From: Eledone cirrhosa
Lineage: Eukaryota
Assembly: GCA_964016885.1 (NCBI GenBank)
Contig: OZ024741.1
Span: forward strand, 112,778,001 to 112,842,000
Direction: 5' to 3'
Length of the DNA stretch: 64,000 nt
Positions 39,812-52,902 of the stretch are shown in pieces. The notes below the pieces were generated by a model that made no database searches, had not been told where the DNA came from, and worked only from the letters and a program-made list of their open reading frames with translations. A program made the position numbers and the translations under genes. Position 1 is the stretch's first letter. Every line of letters starts with the position of its first letter.

Positions 39812-40150
39812 TCTGTGTGCCGGATGGTAGCTAAGATGCTTCCATAGGCGGTATGCCGGTTGAGCACTCTATGCTCTTACAGAGCATAGTATGATATAAT
39901 ATAAAACGAAAAATCAATGATGCATCTCAACTCAATTTATTGTGTGTTACAATTGTTTCGCCGGTGGACAGCTCGAGACGCGATCATTGTGTGGATCTGT
40001 CTGATTCTGGACGTGTCCGTCGAACCTGCAGGTCCAGAATCAGACAGATCCACACAATGATCATGTCTCGAGCTGTCCGCCGGCGAAACAATTGTAACAC
40101 ACAATAAATTGAGTTCAGATGCATCACTGAATTTTTGTTTTATATTATAT
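39812..40150. mobile_element. PLE-type terminus with head-to-head inversion (arms ~39894-40012 and 40032-40150)
   Basis: ~118-bp arms, 19-nt spacer; each arm reads outward GGC-GAAACAATTGTA-ACAC-AATAAA (hammerhead 3' half plus polyA signal); (TA)n on both sides. Confidence 0.7.
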
Positions 40151-40170
40151 ATATATATGTATATATATAT

Positions 40171-40422
40171 ATGAATGTATGTAGTATATTTGGCGATATA
40201 CTGTATGTTTAATTAAAAACATTTTGAAGACCTTGCACTATTATTTTAAAGTAGTGACTATGTCACTTACTTCTTTTTTCAACACCTCCCTCCCTCTCCC
40301 TTCCCTTGTTGAAAAAAGAAGTAAGTGACATAGTCACTACTTTAAAATAATAGCACAAGGTCTTCAAAATGTTTTTAATTAAACATACAGTATATCGCCA
40401 GATATACTATACATACATTCAT
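40171..40422. repeat. ~250-bp palindrome with pure pyrimidine 22-nt loop
   Basis: Arms 40171-40284 and 40307-40422; loop CCTCCCTCCCTCTCCCTTCCCT. Confidence 0.9.
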
Positions 40423-40482
40423 GTATACATGACTATTTCAGAGCACCAATCCTAATATATATATATATGTGTGTGTGTGTGT

Positions 40483-41030
40483 CAGTGGAAGATCGGAATC
40501 TTTTGGATTTATTGTTTGACATGTTTCCCAGTTTTTTCACCCATTTCTGTATTATCTCGTTTGTTCATGTTGGGTTCCATTTTTCATTTGTTTCATTACA
40601 TTCACTTTCTCACCTTCCATACTTTTTCTTCCTTACTGGCTTCTCTGTCCAACACTCTACTCCATTATCTCCTCTTTTTTCACAGTCCTACTTCAAGTTA
40701 AGTACATCTCTGTGTACCTCCATCTAGGTTCCTTATTCTTTCACTAGTGTTGTACCATCTATACCGTCTATATTGACTTTTAAGTCTAACAACCAGTCGT
40801 TTGTTCTGGTCAGACATGATTTTATTCCAGATATTTATTTACAATTTTTATATTTGTCTTACTTGTTTTTCTGTCAGTGCATCATCTTCAAATATAATTC
40901 TGTCCCTTGTGTTGTTCATCTCTTCAAACACTGCCCTCCTAATTTGGAAGTATCATTTTAGTTTTAATCTAAGTTATGTTTTCCAAACTGTTTACTTACT
41001 GAAAAACTGAAAAAGGAGTCAGTTGGAGAT
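40483..41030 (-). mobile_element. Highly decayed Penelope-like GIY-YIG 3' remnant
   Basis: Minus strand shows ..SERI.., VLDREASKEE..WKVRK and PNMNKRD fragments, ending CCACTGAC at a microsatellite. Confidence 0.35.
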
Positions 41031-42519
41031 TGGAATTCTGTTGTTGTTATTTCTATTTATCACATTCCCCAGGATTTTTCACTTCTTTCTGTATAACAAT
41101 GTTTGATCATCTTTAGTCCCATTTATCATTGACTTATCATATCTTTTAACACAACACATTGTTCTCATATTTATCTGACTTGGTTTATAATGTATATAGT
41201 GGTCAGGATAGTGACATGATAAAAAAACACCCAGTCCACCAATGAACACAACACAACTGGTAACACAACTGGTAACACAACAAAAATCATCCTGTCTACT
41301 CTGTAATATGGTTAGCATTAGGAAGGGCATCCAGCCATAGAAACCAAGCCAGAACCAGATCCATATGAGCAAGGTGTGGTCATATGAACTGACTTGTCTC
41401 ACAACATAATAAAATTTGAAAATATAATAATGACTAATTACTAAATATAATTATAGTTAATCACTATGAATGATAATTTAAAAAAAGATGGGGTAAAGTA
41501 TTCCTGGAATCAGAAGAAAATTGTAAAAGATGCCTGCAATGAACAATGCATCTCTGAAGTGCTCGATAAGCATATTTAACCATTACTGAAAAGGTTCCCT
41601 GGCACCAATTACTGTCTCTTTAGCTAAAAGTGTGAACATCTGGTTGACTTGAGAAGTATTAGGAAATTTGAAATGTAGATATTCCAATGATGATAACTAT
41701 AATAATGGTTTATCTCTGTAAATAATAATTGAAAAAATCAGGTAAAGTAAGGAGATGTGAAAAAAAAAGTAGCTCAGAGACCTCTGCATTTCGTATATGC
41801 CGGCCAATGGCAGTTAACCATCATGCCAAAGCGTTTCTGGTGACCAATTACTTTCCATTAGAAGATTTAAACATAAAGCTAGAAGTATAAATAGTTGTTT
41901 ACACTCTGGCACAATGGTTAAACACATTTATCCAGTACCCAAGAAATACATGTTTTAATCCCTTGCAGGCATCGCTGTACATTTTCCCATCATCCAGAGC
42001 AACATTACCTGATATTTTCAATTCATTAAACTGATAAACTATCATTATAGTTATCTACATTGGGAAGACTATATTTTCAAATATATATATATATGTATAT
42101 ATATGGGCTTCTACATATTTTCCTGTTACTGGGTATTCGTCAAAGTGAAACTGTAATAGAGACATAACCAAACTACAACAGAGTGGGAACAAACCCAAAG
42201 CCATGTTGCATAGCAAACTTCTAAATCTCACAGCCATATATTATAGGCATGAAATAATAAAGTAAACAAAAGAAAACATTCTCAATGTATTTCTTTGATC
42301 TTTCAGATTTAACTTAAGGTTCTTTTTCATGAAGCTTACACACACACACACATATATATATACATATACATACATACTTATATACATAAAATATTATATA
42401 TATATCTATATATAAAATATTTCGTGTATACTAGACAAGTACGAGCTCATATATCAAGTCCCTTTCATGTATACTGTTTGATTTATACTTGATTTAATAA
42501 AAATTTCTTCCTTTTCATA

Positions 42520-42592
42520 CTCACACACACTCATATATATATACATATACATATGTATATATATACATATATATATACATATACATATATAT

Positions 42593-42655
<63 letters not shown>

Positions 42656-42661
42656 TCTATA

Positions 42662-42703
<42 letters not shown>

Positions 42704-42709
42704 TATATA

Positions 42710-42751
<42 letters not shown>

Positions 42752-42787
42752 TATATATGTACATATATATGTACATATAGATATATG

Positions 42788-42827
<40 letters not shown>

Positions 42828-42841
42828 CATATATATATACA

Positions 42842-42878
<37 letters not shown>

Positions 42879-42935
42879 GTATATACATATACATATGTAT
42901 ATACATATATATATATATATATACATATATATACA

Positions 42936-42990
<55 letters not shown>

Positions 42991-43009
42991 GTATATACAT
43001 ATACATATG

Positions 43010-43057
<48 letters not shown>

Positions 43058-43112
43058 TATATACATGCATATATATATACATATATATATACATGCATAT
43101 ATATATATATAT
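42520..43112. repeat. Complex (TA)n/(TACA) microsatellite
   Basis: Directly visible. Confidence 0.95.
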
Positions 43113-43924
43113 AAGACCCAAAAGAAATAAACTCTGAATAGGTAGTTTATCAACAGGGTTTCAATATATATTCTTTTTTCATTCCTTCTAAACTTTTTAT
43201 TATTATTATTGTTGTTTTTGTTAGTTTTTCGTGTTTTCAGTTACATTTAACCAGTTGAATATTTGTACAAATATTCCAATAACGAATCTTAATTTTTTTT
43301 TTTGTCTATTCCTGCAATCTTGGAAGTATTTTTCAGTGTAAACCTCTTTCACCTCCCTTAGCTTTACCTTAGAATATTATTATTATTAGTATTATTATTA
43401 TTAAGAAAATGAAGAAGCCAATTATTAGTAGTATTATGAGGGAGGTGGATTAGCAGAATTGTCATTAAGTAAAATAAATTGCTTTGTATTATTCGTTGCA
43501 ACTCTTCACATTCTGAGTTCATTTCCTGCTTTGGATCTTCTAAGAAATTAATAAACTTAAGCTTGGGGATGCTAACTCTAGAGGAGTTTCAAAAGTAACT
43601 CTTTGCCTATTGTGGCAGATTGCACAGAGGTTCTTATAATAATTCACACTTAAGGGATCCAAAGATATATATGTGCTACTGTATATATATATATATATAT
43701 ATATAAAAAGGGTGGAAGAACTGCTGAGAGTCAATGGCCATCCACCCCAACTATGGGTTAAATAACCTCACCAATCCCAAATTGGCTATGAGTGATTAGC
43801 ATGGCTACACCCCTGACATGAACAAAACAGAAAGCAGTGGAGGTCAGTGAGAAAGTCTTAGATTGAATTGGATTAGGTTGAATTACACCGTATAACAAAC
43901 ATTTTTTTATTCAACATAGCATAC

Positions 43925-44260
43925 TACTTCTTTCGTGTCTGTATTCATGCCTCTGCTGCCACCAAAAGTTGTGTAAAAGAATAAATTGTCTTCTGGCTCT
44001 TATTCTTATTGTCCATTTTCACTGTGTTATTGGCTACTCTTTTGCAATTGCCTTTTTCTAGTCTATACAGCATATTCTTCTGTGGCTTCACTAGTGGACT
44101 TTAGGCTTAATGTTTGTTAACCATTCCTTTCTCTCATGTCTCATGAGCTCCATATCATAGCTTGTACATACTTTTTCATTCTCAAACACTTTAAAAGACT
44201 GCACTAGGCTTTGTAATGTCAATAAAATGAAGCCCATACAGAATTGTGTCCTGTGTTTGC
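43925..44260 (-). mobile_element. Decayed CRE-like RLE C-terminus
   Basis: FIDITKPSA..LMRHERK..KP..STSE..IRARRQFILLH..RG resembles the D.RVT.P.A..HE.EK..F.PLV.ST.G..WIR.RL.F.LL..RG series. Confidence 0.35.
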
Positions 44261-45266
44261 TGATAAACATAATAATAATCAACAGAAATGATGTAGAATA
44301 GTGAGTACTATTTAGTCATGCAAGCTTCAAGAGAAACATAATAGTTTAATATTGGTATCATGGTAAAATGTACCCACTACACTCTGTAAAGTGGCAAGTA
44401 GTCAGACAATGTAAGATTGAATTAACTTTTTATGCCAAAAGAGGGCAAAATAGCCTCTTTAGTGTTGTTGCTACGATAACATGCACTCAGTACACTCTGA
44501 AAAGTCGTTAGTATTAAGGTATCCAACAATAGAAAAGAGATTGCACAAGCAATACATAATCCTTCAACTTATTTCATTTTGGATTGTGACTTCCTTTCAA
44601 CCCAAGCCAGCAAATCTACCTAAAGACCTGTTATAATTTTTTGTAAGAATTATTGTTAAGTTATACTCCAATCACCAACTAAATAATGAGAAAATTATAT
44701 TACTAAGTCCCTTCAAGTTCTTGATTGAATTATTTGAAAATAATAGTTGCTGGTATGGCTATGTGGTTAAGAAGTTTGTTTACCAGCCATATTGTTTTGA
44801 ATGCACTTTCACTACATAGAACCTTTGGCAAGTATCTTTATCCTATAGCCTCAAGTAAAGCAATGCCTTTTGAGTGAAATTTGGTAGACATAAATTGCAA
44901 AAGCACATTGTATATATGTAGATATGTGTGAGTGTCTGTGTTTACATCTCATAATTCAGTATTTTGACAAAATGGGATCTATTGAATATGTACCAGATTT
45001 GAAAAAAAAATGTCTTAAGTTTATATGATCAACTGAATCCCTTTGATATGATGCCCCATAATGGGAAAAGTCAAATGACTGAGACCAGTAAAAGATTAAA
45101 GGTAAAAATCAGCATCTTTTATTAGAAAGTTAGTAAAGAAAAGGTTAAGATATTGAAAATAACAGATATCTATTAACTGAGCCCTGGAGACTGGAAAAAA
45201 GTACAAGCTTAGGGATGAAAGAGCTGTGAGTAAGTTGGTAATATCAAAGATAATGATATATATTTG

Positions 45267-45502
45267 TAACCCTTTTGTTGCCATATTTCTTAAGAATGCA
45301 CAGTATTTTAATTAATTAATGTAGAATTTGGAGGGATTTAATAAAATGATTTCATTATTAAGATGGTATTTGCTACCTAACAAAAGGTTCTTATATGAAA
45401 TTATGTTGTAAGATTTTAATTTAAAATATTCAAAATAGATTATTTTATTTTATAGAACAAAGAGCAGTTTTAGATGGGTTGGTATATGAAAAAAAGGGTT
45501 AA
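45267..45502. mobile_element. piggyBac-like MITE
   Basis: TAACCCTTTT...AAAAGGGTTAA inverted ends with TTAA-like target. Confidence 0.65.
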
Positions 45503-45799
45503 TACTTCATTATAGTAAATGTTGAATGTATGATGTTTGGTAGGTTGGATTTTTATTAGGTTTCACAATTATTATAACTGTTAAGTTTCTAGATTCTATG
45601 GATTCTGCAATGTTAATTGAACATTTTGCTGAAGGAAAGTATTTCAGTCATTGAAAGTTGTAATTGTATTTTTGTCATTTTGTCAAGCCCTTATCTTGAT
45701 TTTTAGGATTTCGTTTTATTTTTTTTTCTTGATGCCATGACAATAGCGTTGGTGGATGGTGTGTATGTTCTGTTTTGTTTCCTCTTTCTGCCTGCTATA

Positions 45800-48313
45800 T
45801 CATCATCATTATCATCATCATCATTTTACGTCCGCTTTTCCCTGCTTGCAAGGGTGGGACGGGTCTTATTCAGCACAGCATCTCTCCACTTATCACGGTC
45901 CCTCGTCATCTCCACCGTGAGCTTCAATGATCTGAGGTCTGTTCTCACCACCTCCGCCCATGTTTTTCGTGGTCTACCTCTACCACGTCTTCCTTCAACT
46001 GGCATTTCCTGGCACTTCTTCACCCATCGGTCATCCTCCATGCGCATCACATGTCCATACCACCTCAGTCTCCTCTCCCGTACACTACATTCTATCCCTC
46101 TCAGACACAGTTTCTCTCTCAACACATTTATGCTGGGTCGTTCACGCACATTTACACTGCACATCCAATGGAGCATGCTTGCCTCATTTCTCTCCAGCCG
46201 TCGCATATCCTCTGCGGTTGCTGCCCATGTCTCACTACCATGCAGCATCGCGCTCCTCACACAGGCATCATACAACCGGCCTTTCGTACGCAGGGAGAAA
46301 CCCTTCTTCGTCAACAGAGGAAGCAGCTCCCTAAACTTCTTCCAACCTGTCCTTATTCTAGATACTATGGCCTCGGAACACCCTCCTCCCATGCTAATCT
46401 GATCTCCTAGGTACCGGAAGCTATCCACCACTTCTATAGCGCCCTCTCGCATTTGAAAAATGTGTCTATCAGTGCGACTTCTACTGTTTAATTTCCCTGT
46501 ACATCTACTGCATACATATTTCTCCCTACCTGTTAGTTTGCCTGCTATCCCGCTACATCTCTTGTGTACCCAGGACCTGCATTGTGTGCATTTTATAGAA
46601 TTTATGCCAGTTCCTTTTCTGCATATCGAACATGGCCATTTCCCTGACGGAATCAGGGTTTTGTCATCTTTTCTACTCATCAACACTTTTGTCTTAGCTA
46701 GATTTACTCTCAGTCCTCTTGCTTCCAACTGCTGTTTCCATAGCCGGAATTTATTCTCTAGCTCCTCTACTGATTCTGCCATAAGAGCCAGATCGTCAGC
46801 ATAAAGAAGTTCCCATGGACAGCCAGTCTTAAACTCCTCTGTTATGGCTTGGAGGACTATAATGAACAAGAGCGGGCTGAGGACCGAACCCTGATGTACT
46901 CCTACTTGTATCTGGAATTCCTCACTAAACTCCATTCCTACCCTGACTTTACTGAGAGTACCTCTGTACAAAGTTTGCACTGTCCTCACAAGCCATTCCT
47001 CAACACCCAGCTTCCTTAGGGACCACCAGATGACAGATCGGGGTACCCTATCAAAGGCCTTCTCTAGGTCAACAAAGGCTAAGTATAGTGGCTTATTCTT
47101 CTCTAAGAACCTCTCTTGCATTTGTCTCACCAAGAAGAGGGCATCTGTTGTACTCTTCCCAGGCACAAAACCAAACTGCATCTCATCTAGTTTGACCCTT
47201 TCTCTAATTAGTTGTACTAAAATCCTTTCTGCCACTTTCATAACCTGATCTATCAGTTTTATACCCCTATAATTGCTCCTCTCCAAAGCATCCCCTTTAC
47301 CTTTGTAGCAATTTATGAGAATACTGCTGCACCAGTCTTTGGGTATGACACCACCATATATAGCCTGATTGATGATGCGTGCAACCAGTTTAGTGCTTAC
47401 GTCCCCTGATGCCTTCAGCATCTCAGCAACTATTCCCGATGGTCCGGCCGCCTTACCATTTTTCATTTCCCTAATCGCCTCTTGGACCCTATATTCGTCA
47501 ATCTCAATAGCTGGTCCCTCTGTTGGATCTACCAAGGGTAATTTCTCTCTCTCCCATTCGTTCTCCACATTCATCAGTCTCTCATAATGACATTTCCAGG
47601 CCTCCTTTTTCTGGTCATTCGTGACACTAAGTACACCGGCATCATCCCGGACACATTTATCACCAACAACATCCTGATTTGCATTGACACACTGCCTTGC
47701 AATGTGGAACACCGCACGCCTCTGATCTTCCCGTCGCAGAACATTGGCAAACCTCCTACTCTCTGCCTCCCTGCGTGCTAAGTACACCTGACGTCTAGCT
47801 TCTCTCTTAGTGGCTGTATATTCTTCCCTACTCCCACCCTTTTTCCAAGCCTTCCATGCTAGTCTTTTGTCTCTAATAGCCTTATCTACTGTGCTGTTCC
47901 ACCACCAGGTCACTCTCTGTCTGGTTTGAGCTCTGCTCCAGCCACAGGTTTCATCAGTAGCCTGCAGCAAGTTGTCACGTAAGAACTTCCAGTTATTATC
48001 TATGTCATACGTCTCTAAATCGTCTTCTTTTTCGTCATATACATCTTGAAGGGCTTTCCTAAATTTGAATTTTACTGAAAGGTCTTTTAGCTTCCAGACC
48101 TTTCTTCTCCACACCTTCCTATATGTCTCATTCCATCTCTTGCTTACTGAGATATCACTAACAACTAACCTATGCTGTGGGGTACATTCTTCCCCAGGGT
48201 ATGCCTTGGTATTAGACACTATCTGCCTGTCCCGCTGCCTAACTAGCAGGAAGTCAATCTGGCTTATGTGCTCATCAGATTTGTAGGTTATTAGGTGATT
48301 GGCAGGTTTCTGG

Positions 48314-48318
<5 letters not shown>
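45800..48318 (-). mobile_element. RTE-clade LINE, family B, 5'-truncated within the endonuclease, young
   Basis: Uninterrupted ORF; (TGA)n tail immediately after the stop; 5' end fused to (CA)n. Confidence 0.97.
45826..48318 (-). CDS. RTE ORF: APE C-terminal end, RT and PHD-like finger (~830 codons open)
   Basis: HFQKPANHLITYKS..SQIDFLL..QHRLVVSD (APE end); NYRGIKL, QFGF, DLEKAFDRVPR, GVHQGSVLSPLLF, YADD, FRYLG, RRLRWYGHV, GRGRPRKTW. Confidence 0.93.
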
Positions 48319-48377
<59 letters not shown>

Positions 48378-48398
48378 TGTGTGTGTGCGTGTGTGTGT
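48316..48398. repeat. (GT)n microsatellite
   Basis: About 40 GT units. Confidence 0.95.
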
Positions 48399-49249
48399 TT
48401 CGTAACTGATTCCATAAAGATATTTAGTGAGTTTGTTCTATGTTAGTGTGTTAGTTGAATTGTTATTGTTGTTGTGACATGATGTGATGTGAAAGTTGTA
48501 AGAATTATTGATGCTACTAATTACTTTATATAATGTTTTTACTTTTTGATTTTTAGTCTATGTTTGATACAAATATCTGCCTGCAACTTTATTATATCTT
48601 ATCATTTATCTTCCTTTGTTGCTTGATGTTGAATTTTATATAATTGTTGCTGTGTTGTATGTATGGTGTTGGTGTATCGTGTTTGAAGTTATCTATGTTT
48701 TTATTAGATTGGCTATTTCAGATCCGAAATTAGGATTGTATTTCTATGTTATATGTTACTGCTTGAGATATTTTGTTCTGGAAGCCTCTGCAATTACTAT
48801 ACTGAGTGTAGTGTGCATTGTAGTATCTATGTTGGAGATTGTTGATGGTGCTGAATACTATAAACTCTAATTCTGTCATTCTGTTGTGTTGCATTCACAA
48901 GACACAGAAAGCATATACTAATAAAAGCAAAGCTATTGCACAAACAACAAACATCATATTTCACTGATTCTGAGAAACATTATTATACAGACAATAGATG
49001 AAATCTAAGATCCATCATTGATTATGGCAGTTCTGCATGGGATACTAATCTCTTCCTGACAGATCACAATTTATGGAGAACACAACCTAATATACTTCTT
49101 TTCATCACACACTGCAGACACATAGGTACATAGTGGAAGCCAACTTGTATTCGAGTATTGCCACTTCTTAGAACAAAAAAAAAAGCAGACTTTGGTAAAA
49201 ACATGTCATTGATGCCACCTTGAATAGCTCATAAAATCATATTACCTGT

Positions 49250-49640
49250 ACCACATAACATGCAGGTAATTTCCTGCCTGTTTGAGCTTGATTGGTGGGG
49301 CGAGCTTTGAGGTGCCATGTTAGGCTACCTTCAGAGTGACACACTTTGGTACTGATGCCACATAATAAATCAGGGTGTATGGAGTACTCAAAGTGTTGTT
49401 TCCATGAATATGACACCTGCTATGGCTTAATCACACATACGCGTCTGCATTCCTCACAGGTAAGAGTCTCTTCTAAACCCTGTCCAGGGAGTGGACTAAC
49501 ATCCTCCATATATTTAGCAGCTCACTTCACTTCAGCATAGGCATTCATCTTCTTTTCAAATTCCTTAACACCAGTAGCAAACAGATTTCACTACTAAGCT
49601 CTGTCAGTTGCAAGATTTTCCCATGTTTTGGTGTTGTTCA
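49250..49640 (-). mobile_element. Decayed 3' end of a third RTE-type family with C-terminal C2H2 finger
   Basis: W*NLFATGVKEFEKKMNAYAEVK*AAK...LTCEECRRVC resembles the RTE terminal WR...GV..FE..R...KR..RK..C..C.R.C pattern. Confidence 0.55.
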
Positions 49641-50404
49641 GATAATGGAACAGTCTGCTTGTGAAATTTACAGGCCAGTCGCTGAGCATTCCACAAATAC
49701 ATGTACCTTTAATGTGAGTCACAGAGAAATTCATTATGACACAGTGTATGGCAAGGCTGGCCCTTTGAATTACAAGTACAACTCATTTTTGCTTGCTGAA
49801 TGCACTGTAGCAACATCTAATAATGTGTCTTGCTCAAGGACATAACATGCTGCTGGGATTCAAACTCATGACCTAATGATCATAAGCCAAACATCCTAAC
49901 CACTAAGCCATGCCCTTTTACATATATACATACATGTATGTATAGATACACACGTTGCATATATACATATTTCTATGCATACATACATACATACAAGTAT
50001 ACATATGTACATACATGCATACATATATATATAGGCTAAGTATATACATAAATACACATGTACATTGTAAAGGCATGAGGAGTAGTTGGTAAAGTGTTGC
50101 ATTCACAATTGTGAGGCTGCATGTTCAGTTATTGGATCAGGCAATGTGTTATGTCCTTGAGAAAGACAGTATATTTCGCATTGCTCTTTTTGCCAGGAGA
50201 TGCAGCAGCAGATATTATCAGCTAGGGAAACATTGGAAACATTGTTTCCTTCATCTCATTTGACAAATTCCACCCCACTTGAAAAGCAAATGAAGCCTGG
50301 GATCTTGTTGATCAAATAAAGAAAGAAGATGGCTTACATATGTACATATATACCGATATACATACTCACATGCATGCATACATAAATACGTACATACATA
50401 CATC

Positions 50405-51575
50405 TCTGTGTGCAATAAAACAGTGGCTCACAATGTGTTTGCTGTGCCAGTCATAATACCACCATTTGGAATACTAGATTGGACAATAGGCTTAATCCGA
50501 GCTATTGATGTTAAAACTCGAAAAGTCCTAAACAACACTGGACACTTCTATATCAATAGTCACATTGACTGTCTCTACTTGAAATGTAAGCAGGGATGTA
50601 GAGGCCTAACACCAGTCAAGTCAGCATTTGAATGTCACATCCTATTCCTCCTACAACATCTATGAATCTCTAAGTGCAGGAGCCCATCTATTGAGGATGT
50701 CTTTCTACATGGGGCAGATAAGATCATGAGAGTTTGGAAGTAACTCCTTGAAAAATACTCCCCGCATGATAATCAAAACCTCACAATCAACGAATGAAAA
50801 GCTGCATGCTTATCACATAAAAAATAATGCATGAATATGTTGCTAGGAGGCTCCAGAGGGAGAGTAATATAGATAAGCAATGTAGTCTATCTTGGACCGC
50901 TATATTGGCTCTCACTTTGAAGGATATGCTTTTGCAACCAAATAACAGGAAATCAATACAAAATGACTGGTTCACAAAAGAGATAGGGATGTAACAACAA
51001 ATGCAAATACTGCAGAATTAACATCGAAGATGTCACCCATGCCATAAGCAGCTATCCAAAGATGTCATCATGGTACTATCTACCTAGAGGCATGATGTAG
51101 TGGCCAAAATACTATGCAATGCAATCTGTAGAAAAGGTAGCCCCAACAATAAACATATTAAAAGTTACAGCAATGTGGAAAACATATATTCATAATAAGA
51201 AATAATACTGGTGGAATGTTCCAATCAAAACCCCCAATAAAATGCAAGCATAACAGACCAGATATAATGATATGGGGGCAAGGAAAAGAAGCATGCACAG
51301 TAGTGAAAGTCAGTTGCCCAGCAGATGCCAATATAATATTAAAGATTAGCAAAGGGGAGAACATCTATGCAGAACTAATGAGGAATCTGCAGATACTCCA
51401 AATTTATATCTATGATTATTGGGGCCCTGGGATATATTACTAATTGCCTCAGTACAAATCTTGAGAAGTTGGGCTTCACAAAATGAGATAGAACATGACT
51501 AGCTAGAAAATTACAAGTACAATCCATTAATAGAACTGTAAATATATGTAAAACATTCCAAAATTTTTGCTTGTA
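50405..51575 (+). mobile_element. Decayed R4/Dong-like RLE non-LTR retrotransposon 3' part
   Basis: NKTVAHNVFAVPVII..FGILDWT...IDVKTRK...IDCLYL..KQGCRGL; CR...EDVTHAISS.P...YYLP.RHDVVAK (CCHC region); HNRPDIMIW...CTVVKVSCP.D (PD..D nuclease). Confidence 0.8.
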
Positions 51576-52048
51576 ATAACTGCATATACACATTTACAGA
51601 TAAAAAACATTTGCACATGCACACACATAACTCAAAACATACATATACAATAGCACACACACAAATGCAGACATGCAGACATACTTACCTAGTTGTCTAA
51701 ATTTCAATGAAATAGTCTTGTGTCTATGTTAGAAACTGACTCTCTCTATTGGTAAAAATTTATAAAATGATGAAACCAAAAGAACCTACATACATATATA
51801 CATATGTACATATGTACACACCATCTGAAAATCACTTTCAAATTGAAATCATAGACACTTTCTTTTATTAGAAATATGGTGATACAGGGCTTAATCCTTT
51901 GTTTGGTTTAATACTTTAGCTACCTTTAGTGGAGTTTAACTAGTTACAATTATTCAAAGCAGGTCTCTGGTTTTAGGATCCTACTCCCTCTTCTTCAGAC
52001 AAGTTGCAGTGACTCTGCAAGGAATTATAGGAACTCCACTAATACTCA

Positions 52049-52368
52049 CCTGTCTGAGATTTTGGAAATGGTTGAGGAGCTGTGTCTTTCTCCCACCAGT
52101 CTCTGAGACTCTGAAAAGGGTTATGGGCACATTTCTTCCTCCGATCAATCTCAGAGACACTGAAAAAGTTATGAGCACACCCCTTTCTGTTATCAATCTA
52201 GGAGACACTGAAAAGCCTTATGAGCATGCCTCTTCCTCTCAGCAGTCTCGGAGAACTGAAAAGCATTATGGGCGTCCCCTTCCTCCCAGTAGTTTCAGTG
52301 ACACTGAAAATGGTTATGGGCACATCCCTTCTTTCGACCAATCTCAAAGCATCTGAAAAGAGTTATAG
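52049..52368 (+). repeat. Minisatellite, ~49-bp unit x6-7
   Basis: CARTCTCRGAGACACTGAAAAG.GTTATGRGCAC..CCCTTCCTC recurs every 47-49 bp. Confidence 0.9.
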
Positions 52369-52902
52369 TCTCATCAATTATTATTCTAAAAAAAGACCAA
52401 CATTTAAAAAGTCAATGACTTTATTTGAAAATAATAATCACAATAGATAACTCTAAACAACTTCAGACTGACATCATTCAATACAGCTTAACTTTTTCTG
52501 TGGCATTTCTTCAGGTGGATGATATTATTAAGGCATTTGTTGATAAGGGAGGAAGGTGGACTTTTGAAATTTTAGTATAACTAGAGAGGCTAACAATACC
52601 GTATGAAAAATGCAGAGCAGATGTTTGCATTGGTTTTTATTAATACATAAAAATAATGCTGCTGATGATGATACCAATAATTTAGAACATGAAAAAAAAA
52701 TCAATCATTGGTAACCAACTAGACATTTCCCAGACTATGGAGAGTATTCTTTTCCTCATTTCAGTCATTTGGTTGCAGTAATGATGTGGCTCCACTTTGA
52801 AGAAATTTAGTCCTTCATATTGACTTATTATTTGCAGGTCTGGTACTTACATTTTGTTGATCTGTTAAGAGTCATAAATACAGATATACCATTATCATCA
52901 TG

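Noticed and set aside
45737-46402. 221-aa plus-strand ORF and other ORFs overlapping the RTEs
   Set aside because: Antisense shadows of the RTE reading frames.
52049-52368. CRISPR-like appearance of the 49-bp and 37-bp repeats
   Set aside because: Units are homologous along their whole length, there are no unique spacers or cas genes, and the context is eukaryotic.
52480-52520. CTGAAGA...GAAA on the minus strand
   Set aside because: Stems I and II cannot be formed convincingly; likely chance.
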